DNA of 64,000 nucleotides from Paragordius varius (GCA_964247055.1 OZ176054.1:11408001-11472000), one strand, 5' to 3'; shown: positions 1 to 11,891, counted from the first letter of the stretch. The notes: generated from the letters alone by a model not told the origin. Program-made: numbers and translations.

Positions 1-670
1 ATTAAATTCAAACATAAGACTGTAAAATGCAAGCACAATATATAAATGTGGTAAAAATTAAAATTATACGGACAAAAAAAATGAAAAGAATATTTTTTTA
101 TTATAGATAACTTTACTTTTGATTTTTCAAATATAACTTCTTTTCTCAGTTTCAAAATAGGGCATAGAAATGTAAATTGTTAATGCACTTAATTATGTCA
201 TTTAAAATTGTGATCAAATAGTTAAATGTAAAAAAAATTAAGATTTAAAAAAGTATGGGTTGTCTTTTAAAAAATATATTTGTCTTTATATTTTCACGTA
301 TTAATTTTTTACTGTAATTGGTAATCATAATATAATATAATATAATACAAATTTTAACTATCATTTGTTAAAAACTTTATTATGGATATATAACAATTAT
401 ACGAACAAAACTTGGAAATATAAAGACAAATATTTTTTTCTTAAAGACAACCAAACTTTTTTAATCTTGATTTTTTTAATATTACTCATTGTTTTAAAAT
501 ACAAAGTATAATATAGAAATGTAAATTGGTAACACATCAATTATGTATTTTAGAATTGTAATTAAATGTTTTTTATAGGATAAATTAAGGTTTAAAAGTA
601 TGGTTGTCTTTAGAAAAAAAATTTGTCTTATATTTTTACGTTTTGTCCGTATAATTTCAATTTTTACTGT
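1..670. repeat. Cluster of short (~150-180 bp) related repeats in alternating orientation, probably intronic upstream of the first visible SLC26 exon; further copies near 3400-3560 and 4080-4280
   Basis: The motif aaaagtatgg(g)ttgtcttt..aaaaa..tttgtctt(t)atatttt occurs near 250 and 597 on +, and as its reverse complement near 420 (ataaagacaaatattttttt..aaagacaacc). Boundaries approximate. Confidence 0.55.
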
Positions 671-726
671 ATAATGGAAAAATAATATCTTAAAATATTA
701 ATAAAATCTTTTTGTAATTATTTTAG

Positions 727-3700
727 GGGTGGCGAATATTGCGAGCTCTTTTGTTGGTTCTTACCCAATGGCGGGAAGTTTTTCTCGGTAACATTTATTA
801 TTACTTTCGTAATTTAATTTTTTATGAAAAAAATTTTTTGTATTTAAAGATCCGCATTGAATGCCCAAACTGGCGTTAAAACTCCCGCTGGCGGAATATT
901 TACAGGTAAATTTATATATCTTTTCCTAATTGTAATTTAAATTTCTAAAAATCATTTATAAAAATATAGGGTTGTTAGTCATATTAGCCATGCGTTTTCT
1001 TACAGCCTATTTCAGGTTACCAACTTATGATAATACTTTATTCTATAGTTTTATTTTAATTATAAAATTAAGCTTTGGTAATTTTTTTGGAAGTATATTT
1101 AAGTATATTTTCAATTTTCCGGTAAAATATTTTCCTAAAATTAATAAATATATAAGGATATAGATGATAATTTTTTTTGAAACCAAAAATTTCATATAAT
1201 ATAATTTAGGGTATTTTATGAATGAAGTCGCTTAAGGATATTAGCAACTATATTTTGGAAGGAACCTTTTTTTATTATTTAACCAAAAATATAATATATA
1301 AAATAAATTTAAAATGGTGGTGTCTTTAGTTAATTTTTACAAGAATTTTCGTAGCAAGTTTTATATGGTATATATAAAGGATTTATACATATTCAATTTT
1401 TCTTTTTAATTTATCCATTCCATAGATTTATTCCGATTCCTAGTTTAGCGGCTCTCATCATTACCGCTATAATTAACCTGATTGACTTTAAAACATTTTA
1501 TCATATCTACCTCATCAAAAGTATGTCGAAAATAACTCTTATTTTTCGGTTACTTGAATTATATATGGTTAAAATTAAACGATTTATTAATTGCTTGCTA
1601 TACCATTTACAGTTCAAATTCACCCTTGTAAATAAATATTTTTACGAAGTTTATTTTTTTAGCAATATTTCAATTTTAAACAAATTTTTTTAAAAAAATC
1701 TATTAATATATAGGTAATTTTTAAATTTATAAAAAACACATAATTTATTTAAGGGTTAATTTGAAAAGTTCCAAGGGTGAATTTGAATTGTAAATGGTAT
1801 AATATAATATGTATAGAAACTGATTTCACGGTTGCTTTTATAACATTCATCACATGCTTTATTTGGGGGATTGAAATGGCTTTGGTGCTTGGCATAGCTC
1901 TTTCTTTAGCCTTCCTAATCTACCCAATATCTAAACCAAGGTTAAATATGGAGGTAATATGTTATATAGATATTTATTAGAATAACCTTATAAAAATAGA
2001 TAATTCTTTTATCCATCAATAATATAATGGAATGACCATATAAAGCCAACTTTTTCATAACATTTTTAATTTATATTGGAAAATTGTTTACTACACTAAA
2101 AACATGAGGTATATAGATCTGGGGGTATATTTTAACCTGCAATATGTAAAAATAATAGTTGTTGGCTAAAAAAAATAAAACATAAAAATTTCCTTATTTT
2201 CAATTTAAGCTTCCAAACTTTTACGATTATGTTGTAATATATGTAACCCATTTTTTTCCGGTAATCCTAACACTTGGATACGACTTATTTTAGTCCTTCG
2301 ATAATTGGGGTAGTTGGATTTTCCAGGCATGTTTAAAATCAAATACTTTAAAAAGTATGGAAGGAATCGAAACCATGACAAAATTTTGCACTTATATAAC
2401 ATTAAAACCGAAATATATAAAAAATTTTATTCAAAAAGATTTGATATTACTCATTTTAAGCTGAAACCGAAAGGTAAAAATTTCGTCAACGTGACATGAG
2501 TGAAATTATAAAATCAAAAATAATACAAAATAAATCGTCTTTCTAATTCTATCAATGTTAGATGTAATTTAAATTAAAAATTATCTTTAAATTTACCCTT
2601 AAAAATAAATGAAGACGATATGCAAAACAGTCGAAGTAGTTTGACATGAAAACAAAACAAAATTTTATTAAGATATTTTGGCATGTTTATATAATTTTTA
2701 TTAGAATAGAAGCATAAATTTAAATTGGGACCGTTTACTTAGTAGTTTTTAAAAATATTAATTTAAATTAAGTCTGTATTCAGATACCCCAATTTGAATC
2801 GAAGTGTTAAACAATGTTTCCCCATTTTAAATAATAATTTTTTTAATTAATTCCCCCGTATTAACAAATAAAGTCAAAAAACTGATTCTATTTATGGGAC
2901 CAATTTCTTACATAATAGCTGTACAAAGATATTACTTCTGGTCAATATTACTTTGTGGTTAAACCGGACCAAGCTTTGCTTTATCCCAGCAGTGAATTCT
3001 TCACTGAAACGCTCGTTTCCCAATGCATTATAGAACCGCAAATCGATACGTTTGAGGAATCATTTACTAATGTTGGTTCATTAGTGATCGCCGATTCCCG
3101 AAGCAATGAAGATGATTTAGATCAGTGTATATTTGATTAATTTACTAAAATTTTTAAGCACCTTTTTAAACTAGTATTTTATGTTGAAAATGGGATGAGT
3201 CCATGAAGTTGGAACTTTTTAGTTAACTGGTAATATTTGAAAATTTATTTGAAGGCGGTCATTTCAGTAAAAATTGAAATTATACAGAAAAAACGTAAAA
3301 AGTAAAAGATAAATGTTTTTTTATATAAATGACACCAGCCACTTTTTTAATCATATGTTAATTATATTTATATCGTTTGGGGTTGCAAAATAAAAAAAAG
3401 AGATAAAAATTAAAGTACGCAGTATCGTATTTCATGATTGTGATTTAGTGGCTTTGTAAAAATTAGGTAGAATTAAATAAGTGCAATGTCTTTACAAAAA
3501 ACGTATTTGTCGTTTGGTTTTTTTTAAGCGTTGTCTTTACAATTTCAATTTTTACTAGTATATAAGGGGATTACTCTATCTATTAAACCTTCAATTGTGT
3601 AGCTAAAAAATTTTAAATTTTACACAGATGGGAAATTGGTAACAAGTTATGACTTATCAACAAGTGGTAAGCAAAGAAGAAACGGAGATTCACCTGAGCG

Positions 3701-4747
3701 AAGTCATAATATTTCAAAAACAAAAATACGAAAGCTTGTGTCGCCTTCAACAAAAATGTGTAGTATTATAGTTGATTGTCATCACTTACCTGTTTTCGAT
3801 TATTCCACTGTTCAGGTTTTAAATCTTATTTAGCGTGTTCACTTTAACCCTAAAAATTTTCTTTTAGCAATACACTAAATTAATTTTTTAAGATAAACGA
3901 TGTGCCTCAAGAATTAAGTTGGTTATTATTACAAATATGTGCTTTGATAACTGGGTTTCAGAAATTTTATTATCCTAATTCTCATTAAATAAAAACTCGT
4001 CTTAAGTTACAACAATAATTAATTATACAGATAAAATGTTATAACATAATGAAAATATTTTTTTTAAAAGACCGACCGCTATACTTTTCAAAATTGATTT
4101 TTTTTAATAACTCATTGTTTCCTGAAAAGTATGAAATGGCGATATAAATTGGTAATTAATTATATAATTTACGATTGTAATATAGTTTGTAAAGAAAAAA
4201 GCACGGTTTAAAATATGTGGCTTTGTTTTTGTATAATATTTGTCTTACAGTTTTCCGGTATAATTTCAATTTTTACTGCAAAAAGTATTAATTTGATTAA
4301 CATAAACGCATTTTTAAATTATAGTCATTCCATCACCTACATGGCGAATTCAAGGCTGTGGGGAAAGAGTTCATTCTGTGCAATATTAAGGTATAACTTT
4401 AGTTTAATGGTTTTAAAAAAATATTAATTTGATTATATATAATTTAAATCATTTTAGGATAATTTATACAAACACATCGCTTTCCAACTTAAAGGTATTA
4501 AGAACTTCCCTTCACTCAAGTATGCCCAAGCCTATATTACAGGTAAAATTTTGCCATTGAAATCAAATGATTATTTAGTTTTAAATATTTAAACATTTAT
4601 TAAATCTTAATATGTTTTTAAGGTTTTTTTTGAAATTAGAATTTTCTTTATAATAACCTTTTAAAATACTATATAATTTCCCTATATTAAAAAGATAAAT
4701 TCAATGCGAACGAACCGTCAAACATTATGGTGACAACCAGCACATAA
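727..4747 (+). CDS. SLC26A11: SLC26A11-like sodium-independent sulfate/anion transporter, 3' part (5' end outside the window); exons 727-787, 850-905, 970-1015, 1426-1520, 1817-1953, 2919-3126, 3628-3815, 4325-4390, 4458-4542, 4695-4747
   Basis: All introns are GT-AG and phases are compatible. The spliced translation reads GVANIASSFVGSYPMAGSFSRSALNAQTGVKTPAGGIFTGLLVILAMRFLTAYFRFIPIPSLAALIITAII (SLC26 TM signature, SLC26A11-like NAQxGVxTPAGG). It then runs through STAS motifs (VVKPDQALLYP; IIVDCHHLPVFDYSTVQSFHHLHGEFKAVGKEFILCNIK) to a TAA at 4745-4747. The orthologue assignment is from recalled motifs, not a search. Confidence 0.9.
2271..2806. mobile_element. Non-autonomous MITE, piggyBac-like (CACTT...AAGTG ends), in SLC26 intron
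   Basis: Begins (c)taa|CACTTGG and ends GAATCGAAGTG|ttaa, with a subterminal inverted motif (aattggggta / taccccaatt). A near-identical second copy lies at 5461-5980. Confidence 0.65.
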
Positions 4748-5460
4748 ATGTTCTGTATATGCATAATTTTGCTCAAAGAAACAACAATTTTTTATATGTT
4801 CTTATTTAGAAAACAAATTTAGTAAATAAATAAATTATTGTATACATTGCGGTTTCCAAATATAATTAAAATTATTTAGCTTCAGATCTCTAATATTTAG
4901 TAACATCATTAAAAAATACTTAAAAGGCATTTATATTGTGCATTATTTATTTGCAAATCAATTTGTATTGAGCGTTAAACTTTTTATGTTCAACATTTCT
5001 ATTAACTTCTTGAATTCCATTTAGAAACAGATAATTTCCAGTCCAATATTTTCATATAATTGATCAGGAGGATACAGTTAATTATAATTGGGATGGATTT
5101 AATAAAAAACTTATTAAGGCGTCAGATTAATTTTATGCTATACATTCAATCTAAGGAAATATGTCGGATATATATAAACCGGTTACAATTATATCGTTTT
5201 TTTGAGCACTTCTTGTGAGATTCTAACTTTAGACTTAAAAAGTTGAAATTAAACAAATGTTTTTTGAAGGAATAGAATGGCCTGTATTTAAAATGCGAGC
5301 AATAATATATGTATTGATTCTAACATATGTCCAGATATAATTGATGTACCTGTTTAATTTAGACGTTTCAAGGATGTTAAGTAAAATATATACCAATTCT
5401 TGACATATTTTTTTAATTAATATATATATTAATGCCATAATGCATATTTTTGTACATTAA

Positions 5461-5980
5461 CACTTGGATACAACACATTCATTTTAGTCCTTTGATTCAA
5501 ATTGGGGTAGTTAAATACCCCAGGCCTGTTTAAAATTAAATTCCTTGAAAAATATGGTAGGAATCGAAACCATGAAAAAATTTTGCACTCATATAACATT
5601 AATAAACCGAAATATATAAAAAAAATTCAAAAATACTTGATATTACTTATTTTAAGCTAAAACCGAAAGGTAAAAATTTAGTCAAGGGGACATGTACCGT
5701 AATTGAAAAATATGCAAAATGAACCGCTTTTTCTATTTTTTTCCATTTTAGATGTAATTTAAATAAAAAATTAGATTTAATTTTACCCTTAAAAGTAAAT
5801 GAAAACGATATTTTGTAAAAATTTTCAAAACAAAATTTTAGATATTTTGGCATATTAATATAATTTTTATTAGGATAGAAGCATAAATTCAAATTGGGAC
5901 CGTTTCCTTCAGTAGTTTGTTAAAAATTCTAACTCAACTTTAGTCTAAGATATTTAGATACCCCAATTTGAATCGAAGTG
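5461..5980. mobile_element. Second copy of the piggyBac-like MITE, flanked by TTAA on both sides
   Basis: ttaa(5457-5460)|CACTTGG...ttgattcaaattggggta...taccccaatttgaatcgAAGTG|ttaa(5981-5984). TTAA is the piggyBac-superfamily target site. Confidence 0.75.
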
Positions 5981-6485
5981 TTAATATAATTATTTTATAT
6001 TCCAAGCATTTTTGGATGAAAAGTATTATGAAAATTGTTGATTTAACAAACTATCTTTTTATGAAATTGAATTGTATGTATCTTTCCCTATTCGTATCAG
6101 TATAGTAAACCAAACTTATGATATAAAAAAATGTTTTTAAATAAATTGACTTAAAACTACATAAATCTATGCCCTTAAGAATTAAAAAACCTACTTCCTC
6201 TATTTATAAAATTATTTTATACAAAAATTATCGTTAAGACAAATTTTTAGGCCTTAATAAAGCTATAATGGTAATATAGGTACCAGCCTAAAGTTATAGT
6301 TATATGTATGAATAATTTTTGGATATAAAGCAATCAATTTTAACCTGGAAAATTAGATCGCGGTTGCCGCTTTAACTACAACATAAGATATTTACAAATT
6401 TTATGTGATAAATTTTTTTAAAAATCTTTATAATCAATGTAGTGTAAATAAAGTGATTTTAGTATATACCCAAAATATCAAATTG

Positions 6486-7985
6486 CTAACTTTTTAATTT
6501 ATTAACAAATTGTGAAATACAGTGTAAAGTGGGAGAATTTCGAAACTTTTCAATAAAGTTACTTCCATTTTCTTCACATTCAGCTAAATTAGGGTCAAGA
6601 GGTATAGATCCTATATACATTAAATAAAATAAAACATTTATATGTGATGATGATTTAATTTTAAAACTTTGATATGGAGTTTTTTGACCATTCAGTTCAT
6701 TCTTTATATTCAGTCTTCATTACGGAACATTGAAAAAATCTGTCTGTTAACGTATTTTAATGCTCCAGTCCACACCCCAGAGAGGTGTGAATAGCACTTT
6801 TTATTAAAAAAATTATATCCTTCCCTTTAAATTAATAGGACGTTAATTACCCATTTATTTAACAGTTAAATTGAATATATTAATCTTATTACCAGATTAG
6901 TAGCCTTTACAACATGAATATTTATTATTTAGCCAAATTTTATCAATACCTATATTTTAAGGAGCTTTTGATAAACTTTAAATATAATTTTCTCCAAAAA
7001 TATTCGCACCATTTAGATATTATATTAAAATTCTATATGATTTACAGAATAATATAAGTCTAAATAACCATGATATATATATATATATATTATAATTAAT
7101 CATTTAATTATTTAATCTCCCGAAACCATACTTTAATTTAAAGATTCCTAAATTGTATTGAATGAAGTCAATTTAATTACCTAAAAATGGTACATCGGCA
7201 TACTCTGCGAGTTTTTCGCCTCCGTTTTGAGAGAAAATATCGGTGCATTCCTAAAAATTCACGATAAATTATATTTGTATAATTATATTTAGTATATTGA
7301 TATAATTATATAAAAAATATTATCAAATTACTTTACAATGTGGACAAACGAAATGGGACATATTTTCAATCAATCCAATGATAGGAATATTGAGTTTGCG
7401 ACAAAAGGTTATTTCTCTACGGACATCATTAACGGATAATATCTTTTAATTATTATATAAAACCAGTTACTTGAGGAGTGGTCACTAATATGGCACCGTT
7501 TAGGCCAAAAGGCATGAGATTTTCAATGACTGAAATGTGCTCATCCGAAGTTCCTGGAGGTGTATCAATTAAAAGATAATCTAGCTCCTCCCAAAACACG
7601 TCCTTTAGAAATTGTTTAATCATAGCTATAAATATGAATCATAAAAATTTTACCATTTTTCTTTGGACCTCTCCAAATAACTGGATCTTTATCGCTTTGT
7701 AAAAGAAATGCTATGGATATAACGCCAAGTGTTTTTGTATCATCCGTGTAAACAGGGACCCATCTGCATTATATATTTTTAATAATACCCTTGTGAACAC
7801 TGTAAAATAGGCTTGGATTGAAGATTTAACATTTTTGGTATACTAGGTCCGCACAAATCAACATCCAAAATTCCAACCTTAAAGCCATTTTTTTGTAAAG
7901 TCAAAGCAATTTGAACTGTAACCGTACTTTTTCCAACACCCCCCTTGCCAGATAAAATTAAAATTTTATTTTTAATTTTCTCCAT
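6486..7985 (-). CDS. NUBP2: Cytosolic Fe-S cluster assembly factor NUBP2 (Cfd1 homolog), complete; exons 7985-7789, 7763-7654, 7625-7471, 7442-7332, 7250-7181, 6610-6486
   Basis: Spliced protein [21 protein letters not shown]...[14 protein letters not shown]...QCSQG|WVPVYTD...VIWRGPKKN|[30 protein letters not shown]...VTTPQ|[14 protein letters not shown]...[12 protein letters not shown]|[15 protein letters not shown]...PFLG|[15 protein letters not shown]...LKS*. It has the deviant Walker [11 protein letters not shown] and CPHCxEC motifs and lacks the N-terminal Cys cluster of NUBP1. Confidence 0.95.
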
Positions 7986-9616
7986 ACGCTTTTGTCAATG
8001 TTTTTATGTCCCCATCATGCTCAGCTTTTTTTATAAAAATTTAATTTTTTACTTACTAAAAAAATAATTTAGAAACGTGACACTTTGATAATAATAAATA
8101 TAAATGATAGAGAATCAGTTTTATGGTGATTTTAGTATTATATGCCAATTCTCAATATCAGCAGCTTAAATTACAAAGGGTAATCAAAATATTATGATAA
8201 AATATATGTTTTGGTTGAAACAATAATCATGTTTATTTTGTTTTTGGTTACAGGTAAGGTAAGAAAATATATATAATAAATTTACGGTAGCTGCTTAAAA
8301 TGTGAATTTAGCCCATGTCAAATAGATTTTTTTTCATAAAAAATTGATAAAATTTGGTGGAGAGGAAATTGTTAATAAAATGAATTGTGTTTACCTAGCA
8401 TTAATTATTTAAATTACCTATAAAATTGATTATATGGTTTTATTGATGGATTATTGGGGTATTATTCTATTAATCTTGCAAAAACTATGATAAAAACCAT
8501 ATATAATTTCATAAACTTTTTAATTAGTGTGTTTACCCTAAACTAATTAATTATTTAAGGTTTTAACTTTGGTATTTAAAAGGTATTCTTATGATTTATA
8601 ATTCAATCTTCTGAAAAAATATTGTTTTGCATGTAAGACTGTTATTTATAAAAAAAACAATTTTCTGCACACGGTCATGACACCGTTCTTTTATTTTATA
8701 TTTAAGAAAGTAGTAATAGAAAAAATATCACAGTCGCCACAAAAATACGCTGTTGAAATATATATTCTGATAGATATATATATATATATATCAGATTATC
8801 ATCCTTTTGGTCTTGGATCTTACAAATAATGGTCCATAATGGTGAAATTTCGCTTATTTTGTTTAAAAAAAGTTGGTGAAAACTACTTCTACCAAACATT
8901 ACTATATATCATAAACCACCTTTTAGCTTGCAATGAATAAATTCTATTTAGAAAAATGTGTGCAAACCTTGTCATATTCTGATATGGAGTAGCCATCACA
9001 AAAGTGTTAAAACTTTCTTTCCCTTTTAACCAAAAGGACCATGTAATAGAAAAATATCAGGATGATTATGGTGCTTGGGTTCTGACCCTTATGAGTGATT
9101 TAAGAAAGTTTCACACTTTTGCGATAAGGGATCCATATCAGGAAGGCAAGTAATTTTTTTGAAAGCTAATTCATCCCAAAAATCACTAATATACATAATT
9201 AACTACCTATTAAAAGCTAAACTATATTTAAAAAATTAATTTTTAAATCTAGGCCCGAACCCCCCCTTTACCACCCTTTTAATATGTATTTCCTTTAAAA
9301 TAAACTCTATAAGGCCGAGAGTGCGATGAAAATTTTAAATAGATGCTAAAAATATCAACAAAGAATCTTTTTTAAAAAATGCGGTTTTTCGAAATTTTAT
9401 TTGTAACAGAACTTTGTTAAAGTGTATTTCATACAATTTTTACGCATGATGGAAACGGTAAAAAATGCTTAACGATATTAAAATACTGTAACTATATAGT
9501 GATGCTGAATATTATCAGCTCATTTTGAATAAAATATTCATTTGTGTATTTATGTCAAATATAAATTCTTAGAATATCACAAATTTTTTAGCGGAAAACG
9601 CCATTTCTTTATAGTA

Positions 9617-9840
9617 AATATTTAACATATTATGGAGATTATTTCTCGTAGACTACCTTTGCAATTAGAAGTTATAGTACTTCCTATCAAGCAATAGGTG
9701 GCTTTTATGAAACGAAAATTTAAAGGGGACAGTGTTTACCACGTGTCATAGTGTGAGACGCGTTTCGTCCTTGTTGTGGACTCATCAGCCACACATAATG
9801 AACACGGGTAACCACTGTCGTTCATAATATGTTAAATATT
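9617..9840 (-). mobile_element. Short Penelope-like (pLTR-type) insertion bounded by an 18-bp inverted repeat and carrying a hammerhead ribozyme
   Basis: aatatttaacatattatg (9617-9634) is the exact reverse complement of 9823-9840. The segment is absent from the homologous positions of the other block A copies (~33960, ~47570). The Penelope assignment is inferred from the ribozyme type only; no RT/GIY-YIG coding sequence is visible. Confidence 0.55.
9751..9794 (-). ncRNA. Minimal type I hammerhead ribozyme
   Basis: The minus strand reads GUGUGG-CUGAUGA-GUCC-acaacaa-GGAC-GAAA-CGCG-UC-UCACAC. It has the complete catalytic core, stem II GUCC/GGAC, a palindromic minimal stem III (ACGCGU), and stem I GUGUGG/UCACAC. 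The predicted GUC cleavage is between 9757 and 9756. Confidence 0.88.
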
Positions 9841-10414
9841 AAATATAAATTCTGTTTTTTCCAAAAATAACTCAAAATTAATTCTGAAGGATAGAAATGT
9901 TCTGTCAAAAATTGTTAAATAAATTTTTGCATTACATTTTCATCCCCAAAATGAGAATATGTATTATAATATGTGAATAGAAATCCGTTAAGAACCGGAT
10001 GTTAAAAACCGACTGATTCCATTAAATGTTTTTTAACCCGCCATAAATTACCCATCTTCTGGTTTCGCTTTCTTGGCATTATTATAAACTAATTATAGGT
10101 TTCAATCGCCCATATAAACATACACCATAAAACAAATTGAATAAGAGTGAAATTCATATTTAAGCGCAAATAATAAAAGGGTTAATTAAGAGTAAATAAA
10201 CATTTTTAAGACAATGATAAAAAAAGCCGTTGTGTTTAGTACATTTATGCCTTTTTGCAAAAAGGTGTCAATATACTTCTTAAGATTTCTATTAAAAGAA
10301 TCGTAATTCAACGCCCCTTAAAATAACGCTTGTGAAATTACACCACTAGCTCTTTTTTTTCTACAACACCAGGTTATAAAGGATCTGTTGATAGACACTT
10401 AAATGAGTAATTTA

Positions 10415-11891
10415 TTATAAATTTTTGGTTAAACGTGGTCTGTGTAATGGAAACATGCATGGAAAAAATTTGGATTGCAAAGGATGATTGCTTAAATTTG
10501 TATCATAGGTATAGTGATAAGTGGATGCATTTAAAGTTTTTAATGTTTCGGCTTCTTGGGGAAAAACTGAGGAAATTGAAAATCCTGGATCGGAAGAATA
10601 TTTTTTCGGATAAAATTGATCACCACTTTGTACACTACTTGTATTATTATAATGATCTGAAAAGCTATGATAAATGGTACCAGTTGTATAATCTCTATTT
10701 AGTTTTGGATATAAGTTTGAGTGCTTTGAAGTAATACTATCATTTGAAAATTTGTAATCAACAAGTGTTTTGTAATTGAATTTGAGATTACCTAATCATA
10801 AAATTATCAATAAATATAAATATAAACAAATAATTTTTAATTTATCATTTAATATTGTTAAGAATAAATACTATGGCTTAATAATGGTGAAGTAAATTGT
10901 ATAGCCAATAACACTGCTTTTATTGTAAATCACATCCACCAATTAAATCAAAAACACAATTCGTATAAAATTTTTAATATGTATAACAACTTTTTAATTT
11001 TAACAGTTCGGCTTACCGGTTGACCGGACATGATATAAGATTCGTTAAACCTAGGTCTCTGTTTTCCAATCATGGTAAATCGACACGCATTGCGCATTGA
11101 ACAATTTTACTCGAGCGCAAATATTTTGGGGGAAAAATCTGCAAAAACTATTCATAATTCGATTAAAAATAAATTGTTTTTAGGGTCCAGTAACTAATTT
11201 ATCATATTAGGCACCAATAGGCTTAACGAGCATTTGCAACGCCCGGTTCATGATTCCTGTATAGCGTTCCCTATTTGCTATTAACAAATTTCAAGCATAA
11301 ATAAAAATATCTTAATTAGTGCCACTTTATTTTTGGCGCTACGAAAAATGTGTGCAAGAAATAAAAAACAAAATACTTTTAACATCAGTCAAATTGATAG
11401 GCGAGGATTCTATATAATCTTGATAATCAAAATATTCATTAGAATTGGTATGAGTCTTATGCTTGTCAAAACTATGGTATTTTGTATGGTCAAATCCAAA
11501 CTCATCATCAAAGTACGGATATTTCAATTCACTGTATATTACAATTAACATTATAACCTTTTTATAGCATCAACTTCTACAGTCTCAGTATCGCATTCTG
11601 TAGTTTCGATTTCTACGCTTCCCATATTATGATTGTTTAGTTGCCTTTTAACAGAACATTTGTCTGTATTTTATAATATTAATATAAATAAAAACCGTGG
11701 AATCTAAAATACACTGATAAACCAAGAAGTAAAATGCATAGCAGATATAGAATAAAATATAAATATATAATTTTATTATCAGGTTTGTCAATTATATCAA
11801 GAATGTTCTATTATTTTATATATCATTGGTAGGTGTTGTTTTACACTCGCAACAAACGGGAACTCAGTTTTTAGATACGGGCACTCGGTTT
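10415..11891 (-). CDS. Uncharacterised single-pass membrane protein, partial multi-exon model (exons 11891-11845, 11807-11696, 11663-11558, 11531-11377, 11338-11326, 11270-11228, unresolved exon(s) ~11140-11010, terminal exon 10791-10415)
   Basis: GT-AG introns of 37, 32, 26, 38 and 55 nt join phase-compatible exons into an open frame: TECPYLKTEFPFVAS|NILDIIDKPDNKIIYLYFILYLLCILLLGLSVYFRFH|DKCSVKRQLNNHNMGSVEIETTECDTETVEVDAIK|SELKYPYFDDEF...INLTDVK|TPKIK|ERYTGIMNRALQML. A 377-nt stop-free terminal exon follows an AG acceptor. The paralogue near 48-49.5 kb conserves most splice sites and shows synonymous changes. Confidence 0.6.

Noticed and set aside
7779-7985. Bacterial Mrp/ApbC/MinD ATPase fragment
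   Set aside because: It continues through GT-AG introns into a full eukaryotic NUBP2.
8190-8420. Possible gene divergent from NUBP2 (strong acag|gtaag donor at ~8254 and a 37-nt intron-like segment)
   Set aside because: The ATG-containing frame stops right after the acceptor, the open frame has no ATG, and I recognise no homology. It could be a non-coding or UTR exon but is not supportable.
10435-10734. Plus-strand 99-aa ORF as a real gene
   Set aside because: It is the antisense shadow of the longer stop-free minus-strand exon (10791-10415), which has an acceptor site and upstream exons, and the plus frame is not preserved in paralogues.
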